DNA of 64,000 nucleotides from Octopus vulgaris (GCA_951406725.2 OX597815.1:105462001-105526000), one strand, 5' to 3'. Counted from the stretch's first letter, positions 1 through 15,313 are shown. Numbers and translations: made by a program. The notes: generated from the sequence alone by a model not told the origin.

Positions 1-13
1 AAGAATTTAAATA

Positions 14-158
14 ATACATACGTACATACATACATACATACATACATACATACATACATGCATGCATACATGCATGCATTCATGCATACATACATGCATA
101 CATACATACATACATACATACATACATACATACATACATACATACATACATACATACA
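14..158. repeat. (ACAT)n tetranucleotide microsatellite with ATGC variants
   Basis: Directly visible tandem ACAT units. Confidence 0.95.
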
Positions 159-2434
159 AGGCAGTGAGGTTATATGAGATACCATGCGTAATTAATTTTT
201 GATTTATTATAATATCCCCTTTGACAGAAAAAGGAGAAGAATTATTTCTGATAATCTTTTTCCAGATTCATAAGAAATATACTTTCTTTTGAAACAGTTT
301 ATTAATGCATAGAAGCAACGTCATTAATATATATTCCTAAAATAACGATAATGTCTCATGCTTCCGAGATTTTCTCTTATTTTTTTAACTGAATTTTTTA
401 ATGGTAATAGAGACATTAAAGTATAAAGTAAGTAGAACGCTGAATTTCCTAGCTGGGTAACGGACTAGATATTATAAGCTCTATAAACTAAGGACATTAT
501 CCTGTTGTTTTTATTGTTCTTGTTAGACAACAATATTAACAAATATTATCATCGTACTTGATAATATGTCATAGCTAATATATCCGAGAGACATAGTCTC
601 ACATTTTATTCACCAGTCACATGAACAATGTACAGTGACGTAAAATTGTATCATATAAGTGATTCCAAAATGTTACATTCATACATCACTAAAGAAGCCA
701 CGATCAGCTGAGATTTCTTGGTTTGCCTCAGTTATACTTTCAAACATATTCCCAAATCTGCTAACTAGAACAGCTTAAAGAACTTTTCAATGTCATGCCA
801 TTTTAGCTTTTTCTCCCCTCCTTTCAGTTGAAGAGTATAGAAGACTTTATAAGTCTTCCCAGATGTAGTTGATTTTCGGTTGAACATCTGCCGGTTAGTC
901 ATTGGAAGGAAAGATTGATTGGAAGGGAAGTACAGTAAACTGCAATTCTGGAAAGGAGAGGTCTCTGGAAGGACATTAGTGTTGAATTGTTTAACCATAT
1001 ATAAAATAAATGACTATGCACACCCCCTATGCACAGATCTGTTTATTATAACCTAGATACAATGTGTATGCTGTTGGCACAAACATACTAACCCCAGGAA
1101 TGTTCACTGCATGATTTTTAAGCTTTCCTTTTCAGTGTTTCTAACGAATAGTGCAAAATTTCAGGAATTTTATTTTTTTATATATTGCAGACATTTTGTA
1201 TGATTGTGTAAATGTGTTTGTTATGTCAATAGCCTGTAACTGAGTTGTACGTGTGAGCGCGCGCGCGTGTGTGTGTGTGTGTATGTACGCACCCACATGC
1301 GCATGTACATACACGCGCCTGCACGCACACACACATATACACGCAAATAAAAATGCTTGTATTCTAGGAGTTGATAGAAGCTATTTCTTACTGCTTAAAA
1401 GTGATATTTTTTACAGTCTCTAATTAAATTTAGATAAAAGGATTTCTCTGTCAATTTCACAGAATTTCCAGATATATTTTGTATAATTATAAAGGTTATT
1501 CAGAGATGAGTAAAATGTTTCAAATGAGGTTTTTCCCTTTTATAATGTCTTCCAGTCTTTTTTTTTTTTTTTTTTTTTTGGCAAATGTGGTCGAAATAAC
1601 ATTCTTTGATGTGAAACAATAAATTACTAACAAGAAAAAAGTGTGATAATAGCTACAAGAAAACAAGTGTGATACTAGCTCCAAGTAGAACGATTGACAC
1701 TATTGAAGTCTTTTTTGAAGAAATTTTGAAACAAGTTCAAAGAACACAAAGTTTACTTTAGGTTGTCTAATATTTATTTTTATTTCTATTTTGTTACATA
1801 CGCAAATAAACAATCATACACACACACCGATACTCACACACACCCACACACTCGCTCACACTCACACAGACTCACACATACACACACACATACGTATACG
1901 TAATTTGATTAAACTAGTCTGATTTTTAACTGAGCGATTTCGATAGTTGATAATTATTACACATTATAACTATTCGATGTTGATTGACCTTATAGAACTA
2001 ACGTCGATCAAACGAGGGAACCACTACAGTATAACAAAACCTGCAATAAATAACAGCCAAATCTCCCTCACTAGCTTCCCGCCTTACAAAAGGAAAAATA
2101 CTCCTTCCTCCAACGAACGACAATCCGTAACCTAATTTACAAATACTATGATTACTATGGAATTTTCGTTTTAGTATGCAAAGGTGGTTCATCGTTGTCT
2201 TCGAGAATTTTCTTTCTTTTTTCAAAGCTCCATCTTGTCAGGTAGGTAAATATAAGTTTACATTCCGAAAATAAAGAGACTGAACAAATAACACGAAGCA
2301 CTTTCTCCAAACCTCAAGTACAATTCTCACCACTTTTACTGGTACATTTTGTTACCAACGTTAGAAGGGACCCAATGCGGCTAGGTGTTTTCTTGGGCGT
2401 TCTATCTATTCTATCTGTCTTTCTGTCTTTCAGT

Positions 2435-2435
2435 C

Positions 2436-2490
<55 letters not shown>

Positions 2491-2538
2491 TTAGATAGAT
2501 AGATAGATAGATAGATAGATGGATGGATGGATGGATGG
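2435..2538. repeat. Compound (GATA)n-(GGAT)n microsatellite
   Basis: Directly visible. Confidence 0.95.
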
Positions 2539-3164
2539 AAACGTAGGTATACATATATAGAAATAGGTGTTAGTCTTGTAATTTCTACTTGATTATGTTC
2601 ATACTTAAGCCGTGAAAACAATTGTGGAACTTCAAGACATTTTGAAATATCATTCGGATCTTTATTTTCTATTCTGTGTATACGTGTGTATGTGTGCGCG
2701 CGCGCATTGTGTGTGTATATATGAAATGTGTGTGTATATATATATGTATATATATGCACACACATACATGCACACTGCATATATATCTGTTTATTCTTGT
2801 GTGTGTGCGCGTGCACCTTTGTATCTATGTCTGGGTGCTTATCTGAAGGTTAAATCAATATTCTGACCCTTTATACATATCAAGCACTTTGTATTGTTTC
2901 TCCCTTTCACTGCAGTATGTCTTTGGCGAAGGCATTTAATTGCCAACGGCCCATATTATCTGGCTAGAATTAAATTCCACAAGCTGAAATGGAAGAAGGT
3001 CGTAGAGCTATAAACACTGGCAGCAAGATAAAACTGGCAAATCTTTCAAGAGCCTGCGTTTCAACTGTTGTTCATGAGTATAACTTGAAGGATGGAATTT
3101 GAAGTAGGCTCCAATATTACCTCTCTCGTTCCTCATCTGACTTTCATTCCCACTCAGTACAAAC

Positions 3165-3226
<62 letters not shown>

Positions 3227-3899
3227 GCGCATACATACACGTGTGTGTGTGTGTTATAACAAAAACAATTTATTAAAATAATAAAAACAATTATGTTGCT
3301 ATGTAGTGATAAAAAACAGTTTTACATTAAACTGAAGGTTTACTCAATACTTTTTGTACGGTATGAATTTATTAAGAAAAGACTAATTCAGAGTGTCAGT
3401 TAAGAATTTGTTTCTTGAAAATAAGAATGTTGTAAGATTCATTGGTATAAAGTTGGCCGGGTTCGTTATTTTTGTATAGTTGTGCTGTGACAATAAATAA
3501 CACAGAACTGTCAACAGACTAAAATTTAACACCTTTTTAAAATTATGTTGTAAACCCTTAAAACTCTATTACCTAAAAGCCAACACACCTAATTACAAAG
3601 ACTTAAACATTGGACTGAACTCCGAGCTCTAAACTTCACATTCTCAAAACTAATGGTTAAGTATCTCATTAATATTCAAATAAAACCAACAACCAAACCT
3701 AGTCACACATCTGCTGACCAACATATACCTTCCACCTAATATACTTTCTTTTGTGAATCCCTGTGAACTGAACATGACACATCTAATTAGACACACCTGA
3801 TTGCAAAACAATAACGCAACCTAAAATTTAATGAATGAAAATTCTCCATTACAACCGACCATACAATCTAATTATCCTTAATACACTTTTATACCAAAT

Positions 3900-4135
3900 C
3901 AATTGATGTACTTGGTTTTGGTTGTAAACGCCTAAGTGATAACCTGGAAAAGCTGGGTTTTCCAAGAAAAAAAAACATCAACCAGATAACACTCACAATA
4001 ACAATGCAATCTGTAAGTGGACAGTAAGATTTTTCTCAAGTTCAATATGTGACAGTGTTTTTGTTAACTGCATTTTGTTAACATCTGTTAACGATGGAGC
4101 TCCTTCCTTACAGTAAAACTTCATTTAATTGAAAA
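3900..4135 (+). mobile_element. Degenerate 3' end of an RLE-type (R4/Dong-like) LINE
   Basis: 'aacctggaaaagctgggttttcc...caatctgtaagtggacagtaaga' parallels the C-terminal NLEKLGFS...QSITKTVKI segment of the 6158-6598 ORF; followed by CATA-like repeats. Confidence 0.5.
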
Positions 4136-5504
4136 TAGATGCATTCATACACGCATTCATACGTACGTACGTCTGTATGTGAGTGCGTGTGTGTGTGCGT
4201 GTGTGTGTTTTTGTGTCTGTGTGTGTGTGTCTGTGTGTGCGTCTGAGTCTGTGTATGTACCAGTACAAATATCAGCATTTGAGACTACTTGGATGAGATA
4301 CGGCTATTCATATCAAAATCCGAAAATTGCTAACCCGAACCAGGTATTTTCATATCAACACTGAGGAGACTACTTTAAAGATCATGTAGCAGAAGTTTAC
4401 CGCCGATTCAATCGGCCTCAGAATATTGCATCATATCCCTTCGACAGCATATACGAACAACCAAATGCCGAAATCCAGCCATGGGAAAGAACTGCTCAAA
4501 AATAATTTACATTGATGACTAAGGATATATACCTAGAGAATTTGCAGAACTTTACTGAAAATGACATCATAAAAGAACTTGTAGACATATCTGTAGAATT
4601 CAAAGTTGGCTACTGCCCCAAAAAGCCTCAAAGTAGCTGCAACTTCAATAATTAGAAGAAACAACCGTAATATTAGTTCTTACTTTGAATGATATGCTTT
4701 TGGAGCAAATAAAATATCTGATGCACAAACGCTGACGATATCACTCGCATCATAAATAGATGTTATTACAATGATACCTAAATATGACAGCATAGATTGA
4801 ACAACATATAATAAAATCCGGTGAAAGGTCAACCCTAATGATGCAACTTTAAGAACCAGCAGTGAAGCTTCGAGCATAATCACATATAATACGAAAGAAT
4901 ATGGCTAAAATATTTTTATTGAGTCTTCAATAAAGTGTAAGAATAACAAACAATGATGACAATGACTTTGAACTAAGAAAAGAAATTCACAGTGCCTGAA
5001 ATCAATTGCCCAAATGTTAACAATGTTAAATGTTATTGAAAAAAAAATATGCCGAACTGATGAGAGATCTGCAGCTACTCTATTCTGCCCACAGCTTTAG
5101 AAATCTATCAATAACTATTGGAACGAATATATCTGTGGTTAATTGCCTCATAATTGGTATTAAATAGCTGGATTTCACAAAATCAGACATGATACTCTTA
5201 ATTGCATCCCACACCATCAAAGAGTCAGTTATATGTAAAACATTCAACATATTTTAGTTTGTGAAAAGGGCATATACAGACATATAGATTTGCAAACATG
5301 TTTGTGTACACATACATAAGTCAAAGCGTACGTATCCATGCATGCTATGACATCCATACCGAGAGCCACGTATACACGTATGCTATGACCTCCATACCGA
5401 CCGCAACGTTTCCACGGTATATATGTATATGCATGCTTATATGTATATATGATGCATACATATGTGTGTGTGCGCGCGCACGTTTGTGTGTGTGTACATT
5501 CCAA

Positions 5505-5820
5505 GGCGCTTGCTTTAGTGGGTAAGGTATTCAGCTAATGATGATAAGGTCCTGAGTTCGATTCCTGGCGGCTCGTTGTATCCTTGAGCAAGACACTTTA
5601 TTTGTCATTGTTCCAGTCCACTCAGCTGGCAAAAATGAGTAGTACTTGTAGTTCAAAGGGCCAGACTTGTCACACTGTATCGCACTAAATCTCTCTGAGA
5701 CTCACCTTATGGGTACGCGCGTCTGTGGGAGCGCTTAGCCATTTGCATGTTAATTTCATAAGTAGACTGTTCCATTAATCATATCAACTGGAACACTTGT
5801 TGTTATAACCGGCGTAGGTC
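5505..5820 (+). mobile_element. tRNA-derived SINE
   Basis: A-box-like TAGTGGGTAAGG and B-box GAGTTCGATTCC, followed by the conserved SINE core 'tccttgagcaagacact'. Confidence 0.8.
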
Positions 5821-6067
5821 ATTCCATATGTATATCATATATACCTCGTATTGACATCATATATACTTCGTATATACATGCATACCTTGCTGATGTATAA
5901 ATTCTAATGAAATAACCTTGTCTCTAGGCTAGAATCCCTTTCTCCAATGGTAAAACATTCGAAAAATAAAATCATGGAAACGCAAGCACACACACACATA
6001 CACACACACACAAACACACACACACACACACACACAAACGCGCACGCACGCACGTATGTATATATGT

Positions 6068-6698
6068 CAATATTCAGTTTATTTCATGATTTCTTGCCAC
6101 AAGAGCAAGAGCCGGTTACCAACTTAGATTCAAGGCTCATACATTGGAATCTCAATATCAACAACAGTGTATTTTTGTTTGTATGGATGTAAGTATGTAT
6201 GTATGTATGTATGTATGTATGTATGTATGTATGTATGTATGTGTGAATGTATATATGTGCAGATTTGTATGTTTTATTCTCATGAATATAGTTTCATATC
6301 TAGACATGCTCATATATACTTCAATTATAAACTTCTGGAAAGTTTTACAGATTTTTACAGTTTTAGTGATGGATTGGATCTGTAGTCTTCGGATTAGCTT
6401 TCTCCTTCTTGGTTTTGAGAAGCCCAGTTTCTCAAGATTGGTATTTAAGCAGCGTGTTACATATCCCAGTACCCTAATAATTACAAGTATAAACCTGAAC
6501 TTGTAATCTGGATAGAGTAACTGCAGATTTCTCAATAGATCAGCATAGGTGTTCTCTTTTTCACTTATCTTCAGCTTTATGTTAACACCGCTAGGCATCT
6601 AATTTCCACAACTGTGTAGTATCTCCTTGTCCCAAATCATTATATCAGGTCTATTGTGCTTACATTTCATTGAGGACTTCACTGGGACATTCCACTAT
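6068..6698 (-). mobile_element. 3' fragment of R4/Dong-like RLE LINE (endonuclease C-terminus plus 3' UTR)
   Basis: Minus strand encodes KCKHNRPDIMIWD...TVVEI and NIKLKISEKENTYADLLRNL (PD-(D/E)xK RLE domain); 3' UTR matches copies at 13.8, 17.6 and 18.2 kb. Confidence 0.85.
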
Positions 6699-7699
6699 GA
6701 TCGCGTATGAAAACACTGAAACATATCGGGAGACGTTCAAAAATTAATTTCAACCAGTTATCAGCATTTCGTGTGAGTTTTTGCTTCTTTTTATTATTTG
6801 AAACTTGCCAGCATTGTCACCTAGAAATATGTATAAAAATGTTCTATCACAGCTAACTATCTACCTTGTTTCCTAATTTAGGTTTGTCTGTCATAAAATG
6901 TGAACATTATCCATTACTACAGAAGACATTGAGAAAATTAGTTTATGCTATGTACTGTGAGAATGCATTAAAATGTATAGATATTTCATTTGAATCTTCA
7001 CTTACTTCATATTGACCTTGGTCTTCTATAACAAAGTTACATAATCTGATTATTACGTTACTTCCGCATTTGATGGTTTCATGCATCACTCACATTGAGG
7101 ACAGTTTATGAATGAGATATTCAATTAATTTCTGTTACACGCAGCAGTGTCATTTAATTATTCTTTCTTACTAGTTTCAGTCACTGGATTCTAGCATTCT
7201 TGCATCACTTTCAAGTGTTATAGTCGGTTACATCAATCACACAATTTTTACTTCTAGTTGTCATTATTTTATTGATAGCATAAAGTGACGTAACCGGAAC
7301 TTAAAAGGGTCTTGTGAATTACGACAATGTAACTAACTGTTTGATACCAACATTTTTTTCGATATTTTATCGATTTCCCTATTTTGTGCCAATAGATATG
7401 AATGAATTTTCCCAAGTTGTGAAATGCATAAGGCAATGAGCGTCCTCGAGGGTTGTCGATCTGCTGCAGTTTTCTCCGCTCCTGTCAAACTGGTCTTTGT
7501 ACACTTAACTTTTTCGGGAATGTATGGTACTAGGTGTACTTAAGTTGGCCCTTTTGGGAGTTTCTTTCTTCCAGTGACCATGCCCTTTAGTCTTTGCATG
7601 CCGAGTATCTGATAGACGTGAAAAGCGATCTACCGGGCGAAACCTATATCAGTATCATCACATTTTGCAGTGGTAGGAACTTATTTTGCAGAAGGATGT

Positions 7700-9180
7700 G
7701 CTCATGTTTTCATTTTATCTTGCCATATTATGTTGAACATTTTGGGTTGTCATCGTTAGAGTACTCAACTTCTTTACCATTTTCGCAGACATTTTACACA
7801 GCTAACTTCACAGTGGGTATATTATACATTTAAGAAGTTACTTCCATCAAAATATTAACAAAAAAATTAACACAGAATAATTGATTCCTGAACGTCAAAT
7901 CTTATCTCTATAGTCTCTCCTCTTGTCTATGGGTGTGCTATAATATCTAGTTTCTGACATAAACATATACAAAAGATACTGTTAACAAAGAGAGACAGAA
8001 TATTATACCAAGCCTCAAAATTACGTATGTGGTAGTCGATGCTTTCTTCTTACAAGACAATATCCCACAATGCATTTGGAACACCAGTAGTGATACCAAC
8101 AATACGAATACTTTAGAGTTTTGAAGAGAATATCTATTCCATACCTACTAAAATCCGGAAAATCCTGTTGCAATTTCTGTTGGAAGTTTTCACATAAACA
8201 GTGATATCACTGATGAAGAGCCAAGAGGAAGAATATGCCTAAATAAAGTTAGTACATGTCACACGAGGTCTCCTAAACTGCAGCAGCAAGAATAAGTTCA
8301 TCAGAAGTAAAGTGAACAACTTCTTTTGAAGTACTAAAGAACTCATCAAGAAATATTATTCCAGTGACCTTCCATATAACATTAGAGTTTCTGGACTAGT
8401 GCATTTGTCTTGCAAGAGAAATACCCCGCATAAAAAATGGATATGTTTGAGAATGTCTCCCGTAATCTTGGGGATGATGCTAACATTAAGTGTAACCTTA
8501 CCAGTGCTCGTTTCCGTTACAATACGTCATATTTCGAAGGCTACGCTTTTCAATCCAAGAGCATATGTTTGCTACAAAACAGAAATAACCATAAGATACA
8601 GTGAAATCCTTAAACCCCAAGATCTAACTGGGAGAGTTGATTATATCACATTCTGAGAAGGTCATTGCACACGTGGACAGCATCGGCTAAAAATATCCTC
8701 AGAGTGTTACCTTCCAATGAAGCAGAAGGTTGTCACTGAAATGATATAGAATACCAAACACAGAAATGAATATCCTGATATGAGTAAAAAGAATGCTCCA
8801 TTCATTGAATACATATATACGTATCAGCTCAAAGAATTTTGGTGAAACACCCTATCAAATTTTACCCCAAGTATAAGCATAACAGACTCGATATGATTAT
8901 TTGTGATTTGTTTCTAAATCGCTAAAAAAAAAGAGAGAATATTCATGGATAACTGCTTCAAAATCTATAACTGTTCTCCCCAGAGTACAGCTTCACATTT
9001 ATACCTAATTATTGGTGCACCCGAGTATGTAAGCAAATGTATAAGTAGCAAACTCTACAGGTTAGTGCTTTCAGGCAAAAATAATACCAGCTAATATGCA
9101 CTTTGCAAATACAATCTGTAAGCGAGACTAATATTGTTCAACACTTATTGATTGCTTTATCCAAATTCTAAGTTTCAGCG
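7700..9180 (+). mobile_element. Highly degenerate RLE LINE (RT C-terminus, zinc knuckle, RLE)
   Basis: 'aagcataacagactcgatatgattatttg' resembles KHNRPDMII; 'attggtgca...gagtatgta' and 'caatctgtaagc' match the RLE C-terminus seen in the other copies. Many stops. Confidence 0.55.
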
Positions 9181-9271
9181 ATAGAACTTTGTTTCTGTGT
9201 TAGAACCAACTCTTCCTTTATAAATAGTTATAAAGGAAAGACGTACAAACACGCATACAGAGGTTTATGTA

Positions 9272-9311
<40 letters not shown>

Positions 9312-9317
<6 letters not shown>

Positions 9318-9632
9318 TATAAATTAGAGATAAAACCACTATTAGGCAAATCGAACAGTGAAAAACATAAGCCAATACATAAAATTAATTTAAAAATATA
9401 AAAGTTAAAACTTAAAAAATTATTTAAATGATTTAAACTTATAAATTTTAAATATATATATACAAATATATATATATATATATGTATGTATATTTTCATA
9501 TTTATATATTATTTTATTTATTAATTTATTTATTTATTAATTTCTTTTTCTTTTATTATATAAATATCAAAAGTATTAAAAGTTTAATAAAAGATAAAGA
9601 TAATATATAAATATAAAAATATACATACATAT

Positions 9633-9674
<42 letters not shown>

Positions 9675-9826
9675 ATATATATATATTTAAAATTTATAAG
9701 TTTAAATTATTTAGATATTTTTTTAAAGTCTAACTTTTATATTTTAAAATTAATTTTATGTATTGGCTTATGTTTTTCACTGTTTGATTTGCCTAATAGT
9801 GGTTTTATCTCTAATTTATATAATAT
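9312..9826. repeat. Imperfect inverted repeat (~170 bp arms) around an AT-rich/TA spacer
   Basis: 'aaattagagataaaaccactattaggcaaatcgaacagtgaaaaacataagccaatac' at 9321 is the near reverse complement of 9760-9817. Confidence 0.9.
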
Positions 9827-11914
9827 AATATAATATATTTATACTATAAAATTGGATTTAATCCTAAATCTAATTTTTCGCTGTAAGTTTGGATTTATTC
9901 CCTAATATTATTATTATCAATTTTATATTTATTTATATAGACGTACACGCATATAGACGTACACGCATATATGTGCATACATGCATCTGTCAGTTTGTTT
10001 GAATCCAAGCATAAATCGATACAACTAAACGCATCTACATTTAAGAAGCGCATGTATATACATGTATATGTGCACGCACGAATTTTAGCGTGTATGTGTT
10101 GTATGCCTTTATATGAGTTGCAGTTCATACATTTTTGAAAGATGCGAGAAACAAGACCTCTTTCTCTCTCGTTCACTCCCTTTTTTCTTTTTTCTTCTTT
10201 CTTTCATTCTTTCTTTCTTACTTTCTTTCTTGTTCTTTCTCTCTCTCTATCACAGAAACGCGTGCACACACACACAGACACACACACACTCACACATACA
10301 CGCCCATGCACACGCAGAAATTGACACAACTGTACATATAAAGTGTATACATTATACGCGGAGGGGTAATTTTTCTCACTGTTTCACGTATACAAATGGA
10401 AAGTTGTACACACATTGTGCATGGAGAGGGTAATAAACCATTTAAACCGATAGAAGTTTTAGCAATATATCAGTCAAGCGCTCAAAGGAAAAACAGCTTT
10501 CTGCGCTCTGTAGTGAACTCTTCAAGATGTAGTTTTCATTCTAAGTTTCAATACTACTCCAGAATTTCTGGGCAAAATGGAAGAAAATAAGCGTGGGAAG
10601 AAATTGTCTTATACAAATTCCACATCACACCAAAAATCTGAAAATTTTTCAATCTTTATCAAGAGTTTGCTACGTGAACATTATTTTCTCAAGGTGTTTG
10701 AGGTCGAGAATGGAATTTTAAATCATGAAGAGCAAATACGTTAGAATATCGGGAGGCATGGTATTTGCATCTCCGATTTCCAGAAACATCGAACTCAGAT
10801 CGGAGCGGAAAACAGAGACCGATAGGAAAAGTTTGTGGCAATAAGTAAAAAGCCAGACGATACCGTTCCACGACCCTTTTAATTTTCGTAATAGCAGACA
10901 CAGCAAAAAATTTACAATCTTCAACATTCAGCATCTTTTCAGACATCTCTAAGGGATGATAGAGATCAATAGAAACAACAATATTTATACATTCCAACAA
11001 AATCTGAGTAGCTATATACAACAGGATGAATGGGAATACGTATTGTTCAAAGCTTCAAAATTTCAGTAGATCTACAATGAATTGTTCGACCTAGGCATCA
11101 CCATGTCTATCAATACATGCTCTCTAAATATATTCACAAACTTTAGAGAAGCTGACAAAAGGTCAGTGGTTTGATCACTTACAATTAGTGATACTAATGT
11201 TTTCAGTCCCAAAATCACTTGTACTGAGCTAACTGGCATTGATGTAACAACTCAAGCCTTACTGATCAAGTGGAGAGGTTGCAAAAAATATACTCTAAAA
11301 CATAAACTGTACAAAAGCAGGGAAAATAGAAGGAACGGTCAAGCCCAAATACTCACTTTCTCAAACTCCCACACATGACGAACATACTCGGCAACAGTTT
11401 GGCAAATGAACAACTATCACCCCAGCATTTTACAAAATGTCAAAATTATTTCCTTTGGTTTTTAAAAAGTGTACAGATTTCTTTCTTTCTTGTGCCATAA
11501 ATCCGCCTTACGAAAAATGGGACAGCCAAAGCACTACACCTTCGACAAATTCTTTGAAAAACGAATTACAGACTACAATTACGAAATGAACTAAATCACC
11601 TAACTGAAAATGGACATATATAGAGATAACAAAACAAATATATATATATATATACACACTATATATACACTACATATACATATATGAGTGTGTGTGTGTG
11701 TCTGTATGTGCTTGTGTGCTTGTGTGTGTTTATGCATTTGTGTCTTTTGTGTTTGTCTACTGTGTGTACATGTATGTTAGAATAACGTTATGTTAATGTA
11801 TTTTTAAGAAAAACTACAGTGTATTCACCGGTGGTTGACTGTCAAATTTATTGCGAACGTCCCAGATAAAATTCAAGTATTAATGTATGTATGTGTAGGG
11901 GGCTCGCTCATATA

Positions 11915-11915
<1 letters not shown>

Positions 11916-11972
<57 letters not shown>

Positions 11973-12114
11973 TTGTATGATATCATACGTACATACATAC
12001 ATATACATACATACATAAATACATACACACACATACATACATACATACATACATACATACATACATACATACATACATACATACATACATACATACATAC
12101 ATACATACATACAT
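11916..12114. repeat. (TA)n followed by (ACAT)n microsatellite
   Basis: Directly visible. Confidence 0.95.
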
Positions 12115-13893
12115 AGACTCTGTTCCCCACGCATGGATGCTAGAGGCCTTCAACTTGCTAAAGTTCCAGTGAGCATAGTCAATGCTGTAACTGACCTGAA
12201 TTCATTGTGGGCCACCATACTGAAATTAAACACAAAGAGTGACTGCATTATTACTGAGAGAATAAAGTATTGTAAAGGCATATTCCAAATGGACAACCTC
12301 TCTGTGATGCCGTTTATATTTTCTATAAACCTCTTGCCATTCATGTTAAGGGAGTCAGAAGAATATCTCACTTGCTCACAAGGAAACAGAAATCCAAAAC
12401 TACACACCATGTTTTTGCTGATGACTTGTAACTTTATGCACGAGATGAGAGCCTTGACCTAGTTACAAAATTCTCAAAGGATGGAGAGTTGGAGTTTGGT
12501 CAGGATAAATGTTGATATATGGCTGTGAAAAGGGGGAATAGTGTAAACCAGACTAGCAACATCATCAATGACTTGACTGTTTCCCCTATATCTGACGAAG
12601 AATGTTACAGGTATCTAGGAGTGGATGAAAACATATCTTACAATGGTACCTGTAACGAAACACGTGTCACTAAAGAATATTACAGCTGAATAAAGAAAAT
12701 TTGGACCTCAGAACTTCCTCCATTCAATAAAACTGTGGCACACAATGTATTTGCAGTGCAAGTACACAAACTAATATTTGGGTTGCTTGATTGGTCGCTT
12801 GATGAGGTCCGAGCCATTGATGTGAAAACCCGAAAAATACTAACAATCAGACAAAATTTCCACATAAACAGTGACGTAGACCGCCTCCACCTAATACGAA
12901 AACAAGGTGGAAGAGGCTTAACATCGATCCAAAATGCTTTTTAATGTCATATCATATCCCTTCGGCAACATCTTTTAACCACTGAGTGTCGACGTCCATC
13001 CCTTGAACAAGTTTGCATACATGAGGCTAACATCATAGGATATGGAATGCAGCACCTTGCGCAACATTCATTGTCTGAAAACCTTAAATACATTCCCAAA
13101 GAAGTCGCACAACTCTACTGCAACGCATCATCAGATGAGGATATATGAAAGGATAAGCATATATGAGAAACTATGCATGGACATGTTAGTAGAAAGCTCC
13201 GAGATATTGGTAACATTGATCATCAAAGCAGTCTATTATGGACCAATAGCCGGATTACTACCTCCCACTTTCAAGCGTGTTTGCAATCCAGGAACAGGAA
13301 ATACGAACCAAATATCTCATGCACAACAGGAATAGAGATGCAGTAATAGCAGTAAATTATGCAAACCGATGCAGACTTTGTGGAGTTAACACCGAAGATG
13401 TCACCTATATCATAAGCAGTTCTTCGAAGATGTCATCACGGTATTATTTACCGATGAGAAATTATGTAGTGGCTAGGACACTCTATAAGGAAATCCGTCA
13501 AAAAGATAACCCCGAGGACAAAAAAATAAGAACTCACAGTATGGTAGATGCCATAGTCACTCATAGTAAAAAGATGTACTGATGAAATGTCCCAGCGAAG
13601 ACCTCAATAAAATGTAAGCACAACAGACGTGATATAATGATTTGGGATAGAGAAGAGAAACAATGTACAGTTGTGGAGATTAGCTGCCCAACGGATGCTA
13701 ACATAAAACTGAAGATCAGTGAACTATTGAGAAATTTGTAGTTACTCTATCCAGATTACAAGTTCAAGTAATACATACATATATACAAACATACTCTTGT
13801 TGATATCGAAATTCCAATGAAGGAGTCTTGGATCTAGTTTAGAAACTGGCTCTTTCTCTATTGGCAAGAAATCTTGAAATAAAACTGAATAAT
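12115..13893 (+). mobile_element. 5'-truncated degenerate R4/Dong-like non-LTR retrotransposon (RT, CCHC knuckle, RLE, 3' UTR)
   Basis: DSVPH, GIFQMDNLS, frameshifted (F)ADD 'tttgctgatgacttg', YRYLGV, GGRGL, FAIQEQEI, CRLC..EDVTYIISS, KHNRRDIMIWD..VVEISCP; (ACAT)n on both sides. Confidence 0.9.
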
Positions 13894-13988
13894 GATATAC
13901 CTGCATACATACATATATACATACATACATACCCACATACATATATACATACATAAACATGTATGTATATACAGATACACACACCTAC

Positions 13989-13989
<1 letters not shown>

Positions 13990-14019
<30 letters not shown>

Positions 14020-14256
14020 CATGCATGTATGTATGTATGTATGTATGTATGTATGTATGTATGTATGTATGCATGCATGTATGTATGTATGTATGTATGT
14101 ATGTATGTATGTATGCATGCATGTATGTATGTATGTATGTATGTATGTATGTATGTATGCATGCATGTATGTATGTATGTATGTATGTATGTATTATGTA
14201 TGTATGTATGTATGTATGTATGTATGTATGTATGTATGTATGTATGTATGTATGTG
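13990..14256. repeat. (TATG)n microsatellite
   Basis: Directly visible. Confidence 0.95.
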
Positions 14257-15313
14257 TCAGATAAAAGAGAATTTAAGGAAACTCATGATGAACTCCTTTG
14301 GCATTGGACAATTCAGTACAATTAATGACATTGAGATTAAGAGAGCAAGACGCTAATCTGTCACTAATTCATTACGAAAGTTCCTACTTAAATGAAAAAG
14401 GATTCCGTTTTCACCATAAGGAGGAGGATGAGTGCTGAAGGGTAGGAAATAGTCGGGTTGTTTGTCCTTAACGATCTTCGAAAGGGAAGTAACTTCATTA
14501 TTCAGAATGGTCCTTGTATGATCATTTCTTATGCAATGCACATTCTAAGCCCATAAACAGATTTAGAAAGAACTTAATAGGCATGGCATATTTAACACAT
14601 TTTATTGAAACATAACATCGTTTCAACCATCACAGACGATAGCTAAAACCAAACTTCTACACAGTCCCCATGTCAACAGCCAACTTAAAATTGGTAACGT
14701 TCAGATACCTTTCCTCTTGATGGATTGCGTCTCCTGAAAAGTATTGTATCTTGAGTATTTATAAGGAGCTTAAAGGAAATATTTCCAAAAGCCGTCACCA
14801 TCAATACGACTATTTCATATTTGATATCAAGGAACAGGAAAAATTATATTTCCTTGTCCGGGTTATCTAGTAACACAGAAATAAGATGTATCAGTAACAT
14901 GGAATATTATCGTCGAAATTCAACTAGACATCCTAAAGTTATTTTATTGAAGACTTCTACAGTGCAAAGTGTCGCACAGCCTTGTAAAAAGGCCCATACC
15001 AAGTAAGAATGCAACACAGTATCAATCTAAGAAGAAACCATTTTACGCCCCCTCATTCCTTATCAAAGGAAGTGCATCTATCGCATACTCTAACCCTAAA
15101 ACACTAAAAACACAAACCGCCTTAAATTATACAACTGCAATGTGTAGATAAAATAAAAATCGATATTCTCAAACAGAAACTATTGATGATAAAAAGATAA
15201 AACAAAATTATGCTTTTTATGCATAATGTATAAGTTTCCTTCCAATAAATTATGTATTAAAAACAGACCATCAGTGAAATTGTTGGCATTCATATATATA
15301 TATATATATATAT

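Noticed and set aside
10400-11630. Protein-coding-like unique block (similar blocks at 4260-5230, 14260-15150, 27300-28450, 57420-58010)
   Set aside because: Probably old LINE fragments, but they are riddled with stops and I could not read diagnostic motifs confidently enough to annotate them.
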